Origin: an uncultured bacterium
GTDB taxonomy: Bacteria; Verrucomicrobiota; Verrucomicrobiia; Limisphaerales; UBA8199
DNA: 64,000 bases
Reading direction: 5' to 3'
Assembly (NCBI GenBank): GCA_963749495.1
Contig: CAVVMW010000014.1
Location: 224,001 to 288,000 of the forward strand
Part shown: one piece after another, positions 56,931-64,000 of the stretch
Layout: every line of letters starts with the position of its first letter
Numbering within the stretch: the stretch's first letter is position 1
Translations under genes and position numbers: made by a program
Notes under the pieces: generated by a model
Database searches by the model: none
What the model was told of the DNA's origin: nothing
Seen by the model: the letters and a program-made list of their open reading frames with translations, nothing else

Positions 56931-59662
56931 ATGAAGACTCTGCTCATCTCAATCGCATTCCTGGTCCTGGCCATCACGAACACGACCGGTGCGGCCGGCA
57001 GTTCGGGGGCCTTGACCCTGTCCAACTCCGCTGTGAGTATGCCGAGAACCCACTGGGCGTGGACGTGGCGCATCCGCGCCTGTTCTGGAAACTGGAGGGA
57101 ACCGGCCGGGCCCAGCGGCAGACGGCCTGGCGGATATTCGCCGCCTCCGCGCCCGAACTGTTGGACAAAGACAAAGCCGACCTGTGGGACAGCGGCAAGG
57201 TCAAGTCCGATGAGACGATACACGTGCTGTACGGCGGGCGGCCTTTGAAGTCCTCGCAACAGGTCTTCTGGAAGGTCCGCGTGTGGGACCAGGATGGCAG
57301 GGCCTCCAAGTGGAGCCAGCGGGCGGCATGGACGATGGGCATGCTCGCGGACACAGACTGGAAGGCGAAGTGGATCGGCGCGGCAGACGCACTCGAAGGC
57401 AGCAAGTCCAACGGCAGCGGCACGCTCCTGCTGCGGCGCGAGTTCCCGGTCAGAGCGGGGCTCAAGCGGGCGGTCATCCACGTGTGCGGCCTGGGCCAAT
57501 ATGAACTCTTCCTCAATGGCGCCAAGGCCGGTGAGGACCTGCTCTCGCCTGGCTGGACGAAGTACGACAAGACGTGCCTCTACGAAACGCGCGAGGTTAC
57601 GCCCCTGCTCAAGCCGGGCGCCAATGCCATCGGCCTGTTCCTCGGCAACGGCATGTATAACGTCCAGGGCGGACGCTACATTAAGTTCAAGGGCTCGTTT
57701 GGCCCGCCCAAGGCCATTGCCCAGTTGGTCCTCGAATACCAAGACGGCGCCGCAGAACTGCTCTGCACCGATGAGGGCTGGCGCACCGCCCCGGGACCGA
57801 TCACCTTCTCGTGCGTTTATGGCGGCGAGGACTACGATGCCCGCCTGGAGCAGCGCGGCTGGGACCGGGCCGGGTTCGCCGGGGCCGGTTGGGCGCCGGC
57901 CAAGGTGGTTCAAGGGCCGGGCGGCCAACTCCGGGGCCTCTCTTGCGCGGCGCCCCCGATTCGCGCCTTCGAGGTCCTCAAGCCGGCGCGCATCACCCCG
58001 CTGCGGCCGGGGGTCGAGGTCTATGACCTGGCCCAGAACGCCTCCCTCGTGCCGCGCCTGGCCGTCACGGGGCCGGCCGGGGCTGTCGTCAGAATCATCC
58101 CCGCCGAGCTGCTCAAGCCGGATGGCTCCGTGGATCGCGGCTCGTGCGGCGGCGGGGCCTGCTATTGGCAATACACGCTGGCCGGCGATGGCGTGGAGCA
58201 GTGGTTCCCCAAGTTCTTCTACCACGGCTGCCGCTATCTCCAGGTCGAGTGCGCGGCGCCGGCGGGCGATGAACTGCCCCGCATCGAGTCGCTCGAGGGG
58301 GTGGTCGTCCATTGCGCCTCGCCTCCCGCCGGGGAATTCTCCTGCTCCAACCCCCTCTTCAGCCGTATCCGCACCCTGGTCCGCTGGGCCCAGCGCAGCA
58401 ACATGATGAGCGTGATGACCGACTGCCCGCACCGCGAGAAACTCGGCTGGCTCGAGGAGGACCACCTCAACGGCCCCTCGTTGCGTTACGAGTTCGACAT
58501 GGCGCGGCTTTTCACAAAGGTGGCCAACGACATGGCCGATTCCCAGCGCCCCAACGGACTGGTGCCCGACATCGCCCCCGAATACGTCGTGTTCGACGGC
58601 GGCTTCGTCGATTCGCCCGAATGGGGCAGTGCGTTTATCCTCGTGCCCTGGCAGCAGTACGAATTTGACGGCGACCTCGACCTGCTCCGCGCGCACTATG
58701 ACGCCATGAATCGCTATGTCGCCTATCTCGGCAGCCGGGCCTCCAGCAACATCGTCTCGCACGGGCTGGGAGATTGGTACGACCTCGGCCCAAACCCGCC
58801 GGGCGTGGCTCAACTGACCCCGCCGGCGCTGACCGCGACCGCATTTTATTATTATGACACCTGGATACTCTCCCAGGCCGCCGCCTTGCTGGGCAAGGCC
58901 GAGGACGCCAAACGCCTGGCCGGGTCGGCTGCCGCCATCCGGGCCGCCTTCAACGCGCGCTTCTTCAACGCCGCCAAGGGCCAATACGCCACCGGCTCCC
59001 AATGCGCCAACGCCATCCCGCTGGTCATGGGCCTGGTCGAGCCCGCCCACCGCCAATCGGTCCTGGATGGAATCGTCCAAGACGTGCGTGCCCGCGGCAA
59101 CGCCCTCACGGCGGGCGACGTCGGCTATCGCTACCTCCTGCGCGCCCTGGCCGAGGGGGGACGCTCGGACGTGATCTTCGACGTGAATAACCAATCGGAA
59201 AAGCCCGGCTACGGTTACCAACTCCGCCAGGGCGCAACCAGCCTCACCGAGGCCTGGGATGCCGGACGCGCCTCGTCCCAGAACCACTTCATGCTGGGCC
59301 AGATCACCGAATGGTTCTACCACGACCTGGCAGGCATCGGAGCGGCCGGCCCCGGTTTCAAGAAGATTGTCATCAAGCCCGCCATGGCGGGCGATGTTTC
59401 ATGGGTCAAGGCCGCCTTCGACTCCATTCGCGGCCCAATCGTGTCCGAGTGGACCCGGACCGCCGCCGGCTGCGTGCTCAACGTGAGAATTCCGCCCAAT
59501 ACGACCGCAACGGTCTTCGTGCCCGTCGGGCAGGCCGGCGCCGTGACCGAGAGTGGCGTCGCCGCCGAGCGCAGCAAAGGCGTGAGGTTCGTCCGCCAGG
59601 AAGCCGGCTGCAAGGTCTTCGAGAGCGCATCCGGCCATTACCAGTTCCACGCGCAGCCGTAG
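56931..59662 (+). CDS. GH78 alpha-L-rhamnosidase (frameshift ~57018)
   Basis: LRCEYAENPLG, TDCPHREKLGW, GDW, GATSLTEAW, SQNHFM. Confidence 0.93.
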
Positions 59663-59670
59663 AGGAAAAG
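59568..59670 (+). repeat. 3' end of the GH78 gene, duplicated as a direct repeat at 60946-61050
   Basis: AGCGCAGCAAAGGCGTG..CCGCCAGGAAGCCGGCTGCAAGGTCTT..CAGTTCC.CGCGCAGCCGTAG occurs twice. Confidence 0.9.
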
Positions 59671-60042
59671 GCGTCGAAGAAAAGGCTGAAGGCTGAAGGC
59701 TAAAGTGGAAGGGCGTGCGTTTCGGTTTCTTGCGTAGCCTGTTCCAATCCCGAAGGGATTCAATCACTCAGCCCAGGGTTGCGCGGCACGCGCTACCCTG
59801 GGTCGCTCCGCCCTTGACCCGATACCCTGCAAGGGTTTCAGCAGCGGGGATGCAACCCTTTCAGCAGGGTAGTTGATCAACGGTGGAGCGACCCTTGACG
59901 TGTCCGGCTTCTTGCGGTAGAAAGGCTACGTAATCCATCTTATGAGGCGCCGCGGACAGGGGATTGCCGGACACTCGCCCCAAGGGGCGGGCGGGATGCC
60001 GCTGGCGGCGGGAGGATTGGGCCACGGAGGAGCACTTTGCCC

Positions 60043-60924
60043 ATGAAAGGTCTGGGATTTCCATATCGCCGGGTGGGACGGGGGTTTACCTTGATCGAGC
60101 TGTTGGTCGTTATTGCGGTCATTGGCATTTTGGCCGCGTTGTTGCTGCCGGTTCTTGCCCGCGCCAAGCGGGCCGCCGAGGACACGACTTGTAGGAACAA
60201 TTTACGGCAGATGGCCCTGGCCCTGAATGCTTACGTAAACGATTACGGAGCGTATCCGGGCCCAAAACCGGACCTTTCCGACAACGGACTAACGTATTTG
60301 GCAGACCGGCTGCAGCCCTACGCGGGGTCTGCATGGGCGTACCAGATCGCTACGAATTGGGCCCAGTATATAGATCCTTCATACCAACGCCAAGTTGCCG
60401 GTGGGAGGCGCATTTATATATGCCCGAGCTGGACGCGGATAGGGGGCGGCTATTCCGGCTGTAACGGGGCTTATGCCTACAACGCATTGGGGGGCGCACC
60501 TACGCTCTATCCGGTGGGGCTTGCAGGCGAATATTTCACTTTGCGGCGGACCAAGGAGACCCAGGTCGTCGTCCCGAGCGACATGATAGCACTGGGGGAC
60601 TGCACGTTCCTGCAGACACAGGTCGCCTATCTTTGGAGGCCCCTTTTCTTCGGGTATCCCGTGCTGGAGTACTACCTCTTCGACACGCAGTCCGTCGCGC
60701 CCGGCTTCGACTACCTACGGTACATTTATGCTAACGCGCCGCCGCGCCACGGCGCGCGTTGGAACGTTGTGTTCTGTGACGCTCACGTCGAGACGTTGCG
60801 CCGGCGGGAACTGCTCTATTTCCCCTCAGAGGATGCAGCGCCCCTAGACCAGGTCTCGCGGCGGTGGAACATCGACCACCAACCCCACACTGAGTTGCTG
60901 CCCAAGCCGGTGGGGGGCCGTTGA
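60043..60924 (+). CDS. Prepilin-type N-terminal cleavage protein with an H-X9-DG-like domain
   Basis: GFTLIELLVVIAVIGILAALLLP, C.NNLRQ, ICPS, RHGARWNVVFCDAHVE. Confidence 0.9.
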   Translation: MKGLGFPYRRVGRGFTLIELLVVIAVIGILAALLLPVLARAKRAAEDTTCRNNLRQMALALNAYVNDYGAYPGPKPDLSDNGLTYLADRLQPYAGSAWAYQIATNWAQYIDPSYQRQVAGGRRIYICPSWTRIGGGYSGCNGAYAYNALGGAPTLYPVGLAGEYFTLRRTKETQVVVPSDMIALGDCTFLQTQVAYLWRPLFFGYPVLEYYLFDTQSVAPGFDYLRYIYANAPPRHGARWNVVFCDAHVETLRRRELLYFPSEDAAPLDQVSRRWNIDHQPHTELLPKPVGGR

Positions 60925-61147
60925 CAAGGTCCGGCGAGCCGCCTCAGCGCAGCAAAGGCGTGCGGTTCCTCCGCCAGGAAGCCGGCTGCAAGGTCTTGGA
61001 GATCGCATCCGCCCAGGTACCAGTTCCGCGCGCAGCCGTAGAAGAAAAGGCTGAAGGCTAAAGGCTGAAGGCTAAAGGCTAAATGGGAAAGGGACGCGCC
61101 TCTCCCGAGTGCGATTAAAAGCATCGGGCATGCGCCTCAGGGGTTTT

Positions 61148-61356
61148 GTCCCGGAGGGACATCTGAGAATAGCCCGGCGTTTCAACGCCGGGGAAGCCAC
61201 AAAAGGGAGCCTCGTCCCGAAGGGACGACTGAGAACACTCCGTGCTTTCAGCCGTCCCTTCGCGACGGACCTGCTCCTTGGGGCCGCTCACCCGGCGTTG
61301 AAACGCCGGGCTATTGTCGGAAGCCCCTTCGGGGCAAAAAGGCGCCGTGGGCTGAC
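61148..61356. repeat. REPIN-like element, reverse complement of 10338-10546
   Basis: Direct sequence comparison. Confidence 0.85.
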
Positions 61357-61394
61357 GGACAGTTTCACTCCCACCCGCCTCTCCCCTTTAGCCT

Positions 61395-62123
61395 TTAGCC
61401 TTTAGCCTTTTCTTTAGCCTTCAGCCTTTCCCTCTCGTATTCCTCCAACGTGATGGGCTCGATGCGGACGTTGTCGAACCAGTAAACCCCGGCGGGATAA
61501 TAGGCAAAGAGCATTACGCGCATCTCGGTCACTGCCGGGCGCGCCTTGGTGGGGAAGAAGACCTGGGAGCAGGTGCTCCAACTGTCGCCCGCGGATTTGC
61601 AGCCGACCAACGCTTCCCAGAGGCGGCGTTTCTGCCGCTGAAGGGCGCCCCAGCCGCGCACCCAGACCTTCGCCCCGCCGCTCTGGCCCTTGAAATCAAA
61701 GGTGATGCGGTAGGGCTGGCCGGGCTTGACGGGGATTGGGTCCGAATAGAGCGAAAGGCCGTAAGTTTCAGCAACCGCATTGCCGGCCGGTTTGGGAATG
61801 TTCCATTCGTTGGTCAGGCCAGTCCTTTTCCATTGCTCGACCATTGCCTTTTCGCTGACGCGGGTGTCCATGCGAATGGCCATGCCGTGGGCGGGATCGC
61901 CGCTCTCGGCCCATTGCACCCCGAGTCCGTCGGGTTTGCCCCACCCTGCCGGCCTGGCTTTGTCGGCCGCAGCGGCTTGCTCGAAGCTGCCGTTGGGCAC
62001 CAGCGCGGGGGCAGGCTGGGCAAGCAGAGGGGCCGCGGTCAACGCGGCCAGCAGCAAAGCCGCCAGCGCCACCCGGGAGGAAAGTGCAAGAGACACAAAG
62101 GACACAAGGGACGGAAGGGACAA
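61395..62123 (-). CDS. Secreted protein with a CBM4/9-like domain
   Basis: Signal-like N-terminus; LVPNGSFE, VKPGQPYRITF, WFDNVRIE; start uncertain. Confidence 0.65.
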   Translation of the reverse strand: MSLPSLVSFVSLALSSRVALAALLLAALTAAPLLAQPAPALVPNGSFEQAAAADKARPAGWGKPDGLGVQWAESGDPAHGMAIRMDTRVSEKAMVEQWKRTGLTNEWNIPKPAGNAVAETYGLSLYSDPIPVKPGQPYRITFDFKGQSGGAKVWVRGWGALQRQKRRLWEALVGCKSAGDSWSTCSQVFFPTKARPAVTEMRVMLFAYYPAGVYWFDNVRIEPITLEEYERERLKAKEKAKG

Positions 62124-62184
62124 AAGCGACGCTTTGCGCCCCGATCTGGAGCCGAACTGCCTTCAGGAATACAGCCGGCTGGGT

Positions 62185-64000
62185 TCATTTCAATCTCCCT
62201 TCCGCCAGGGCCTTGAAGTATTCGCCGACCATTTCCTCGTAGCCTTTGGGGATGCCGTCCTGGACGCCGACGCGGATTTCATCGCGCATCCAGGGCGGGA
62301 GTTTGTTTTGCTCGCGCTTGAGGGTGGCCTGGGCCTCGACGGTTTTCCTGGCCTCGCCCAGGGTGTCGACGGCGTGATTGAAGGAGCGGCGCACAGCAAG
62401 TCCATCGTTTTTGCGGGCGGATTCTTCGAGCCGGCTCATCGCGTGAATCGAGGTCTCCAGTTCGCCGCTGGGGACATGATAGCGGCGCAATTTCAAGGCC
62501 AGGGCCTCGGCCTGCTGGCGGATGCGGGCCTGCTGGTCGGCCAGGCGGGGCAGCTTCTGGCCCGCCGCGGCGGGGGCCGGGCCGCGCAGGCCCTCGTCGG
62601 CGAAACCAGCGAGCTTGCCGCCGCCGGTTGCCCCGCCCTGGTCTGGCCTGGCCGCGTCCTTGACACTGCCCTGCTCGAAAGGCCCGGGCGTCAAGCGCGT
62701 GGGCGTCTCGCGTCCGCCCTTGCCTTCGGCGGCGTCGGCCACCATTTGTCCGTGGCTGCGCCCGGAGCGGCCTTCCCCGGAGCGGCCGCCAACCTCATTC
62801 TGGTTCGGCAACAGGTTGCCCGTCACACCTTTGGCGCTCATGTCCGAAATCGGTCCGTCGGACGCGTCCCACCCGACCCCTTTGTCGGCGGAGTCCATCC
62901 ACGAGCTGGTCACGTCCTCGATGTCGGGCGTCATGGCCTCCTCTTTGTCGAGCAAGTCGCCCACGATGTCTTCGAGTTCTTTGGGCAGCTCGGCCATGGC
63001 GATGTCCGCCGGGGCCAGCGGCTCTTCCATGTTCCACTTGATGTTGTCGGGCGCGTCGGGGAGCCAGCGTTCGAGGTTATGCACCAATTCCTGGGCGTTC
63101 TCCAGGCCGCTCTGCTCGTGCGGCACCGCCAGTTCGATCTTCTTGCGCGTCAAGGCGTCGGCCGCCTGTTGTATCTCCTGAAAGACCTGGTTCAACTCCT
63201 GCGCCAGCGAGGCATCGGCGAAATCCTGGTGCGGGAGCTTGCTCAAATCGGTGAGTTTCTCCTCGAAGAACTTCGCCCACTTCTGTTCTTCGCGGGCCAG
63301 TTCGCCCAGGTTCTCCTGCTGGTCCTGCGTGAGGTCCTCGGGGAGCTTGTCGGCCAGGGTGCGGCTCTTCTCCAGGACCCGTTCTTCTTCGGCGACGAAA
63401 CTCCTCACCTCGTCGAGCATTTCCTTGTTGCGTTCTTCCTGGGCAACGGCGGGCGGTTGCGGCGCCTCTTTGCCCTCGGCGGCGGGTTTGAGCTTTTCCG
63501 AGCGGGCGTCCGCTATGCGGCCCAGCAGGGCGAGCAGGTCCGAGAGCAGGCGGGCCTGCCGGCCTTCCAGTTGGTCCAGGGCAGGCGCCAATTGGGTCTT
63601 GGGCTTCCCCTCCAGCTTGCGCAGGTCCTCGAGGACCGGCGGCACTTGCTTGTCCAGGATGGCGGCGAGCGGCACAGCGTAGGTCTTGCCCTCGTTTTTC
63701 TGGTTGAAGAGATCGCGGGATTCCCTGCCCCGCTGCTCGGCCTCGCGCTGCTGGGCAGCCAGCGCCAGGGCCTGGTCGAGCAAGGCGCGTTTCTTCCAGA
63801 CCTCCTCGAGGTAGGTCTTGAGGTTGCCGGTCAGGTGGTTGGCCTTCTCCTGCGCGGCTACGGTTCGCTTGAGCGACTCGAAGGCGGCCGCCAGCGGATC
63901 GTCTTCGCGCAGCGCCAGGTCCTGCTCGGACTTGATGCGCAGCACGATGGGCCGGGAGCGAGAGGGCGCCCCGCCGGGTTGGAAGTCTTTGGCGAGGGCT
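62185..64000 (-). CDS. Large coiled-coil protein, DUF4175-like C-terminus (5' partial)
   Basis: Q/E/L-rich helical sequence ending PKGYEEMVGEYFKAL. Confidence 0.6.
   Translation of the reverse strand, partial: ALAKDFQPGGAPSRSRPIVLRIKSEQDLALREDDPLAAAFESLKRTVAAQEKANHLTGNLKTYLEEVWKKRALLDQALALAAQQREAEQRGRESRDLFNQKNEGKTYAVPLAAILDKQVPPVLEDLRKLEGKPKTQLAPALDQLEGRQARLLSDLLALLGRIADARSEKLKPAAEGKEAPQPPAVAQEERNKEMLDEVRSFVAEEERVLEKSRTLADKLPEDLTQDQQENLGELAREEQKWAKFFEEKLTDLSKLPHQDFADASLAQELNQVFQEIQQAADALTRKKIELAVPHEQSGLENAQELVHNLERWLPDAPDNIKWNMEEPLAPADIAMAELPKELEDIVGDLLDKEEAMTPDIEDVTSSWMDSADKGVGWDASDGPISDMSAKGVTGNLLPNQNEVGGRSGEGRSGRSHGQMVADAAEGKGGRETPTRLTPGPFEQGSVKDAARPDQGGATGGGKLAGFADEGLRGPAPAAAGQKLPRLADQQARIRQQAEALALKLRRYHVPSGELETSIHAMSRLEESARKNDGLAVRRSFNHAVDTLGEARKTVEAQATLKREQNKLPPWMRDEIRVGVQDGIPKGYEEMVGEYFKALAEGRLK

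Noticed and set aside
55715..59323. 1202-aa minus-strand ORF and similar long antisense ORFs (1479..3410, 29497..31296, 43225..44904)
   Set aside because: Shadow frames of GC-rich genes; no recognisable motifs
59568..61050. Duplicated GH78 end as a DGR template/variable repeat pair
   Set aside because: Mismatches are not adenine-specific and there is no reverse transcriptase in the window
16833..61427. Short tandem repeats and REP units as a CRISPR array
   Set aside because: No constant repeat with unique equal-length spacers, and no cas genes

Overview
GC-rich bacterial DNA. 16S signatures and gene families point to Verrucomicrobiota, probably the Pedosphaera/Limisphaera group; this is by eye, with no database search. 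In order, the window holds: an alpha-glucan/sugar cluster; a complete rRNA operon (three tandem promoters, 16S, tRNA-Ala, tRNA-Ile, 23S with an expanded helix 25, 5S); decayed toxin-antitoxin loci; a large LamG/Ig secreted protein; sugar-oxidation genes; an SNF2-SWIM pair; and tRNA-Ser(CGA) followed by defence-gene scars. Next is a ~13 kb minus-strand defence island: SNF2-DUF3883 helicase, TcmP, SPL-like radical SAM, DUF1156 methyltransferase, DUF3800, a BECR-like protein, a putative convergent ~95-nt structured ncRNA and a DUF499 ATPase. The rest is a Ser/Thr kinase, an AAA-FHA protein, a Mo-oxidoreductase, a GH78 rhamnosidase, a pilin-like gene and secreted proteins. Intergenic space is crowded with REP/REPIN-like palindromes, MITEs and 7-/9-mer tandem repeats. 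Six genes carry single-base frameshifts that are probably assembly errors. The best novelty candidates are the DUF3800 + BECR-like + ncRNA cassette and the TcmP + radical SAM pair, both nested in the DUF499/DUF1156 system. All family calls come from motif recognition, not HMM searches.
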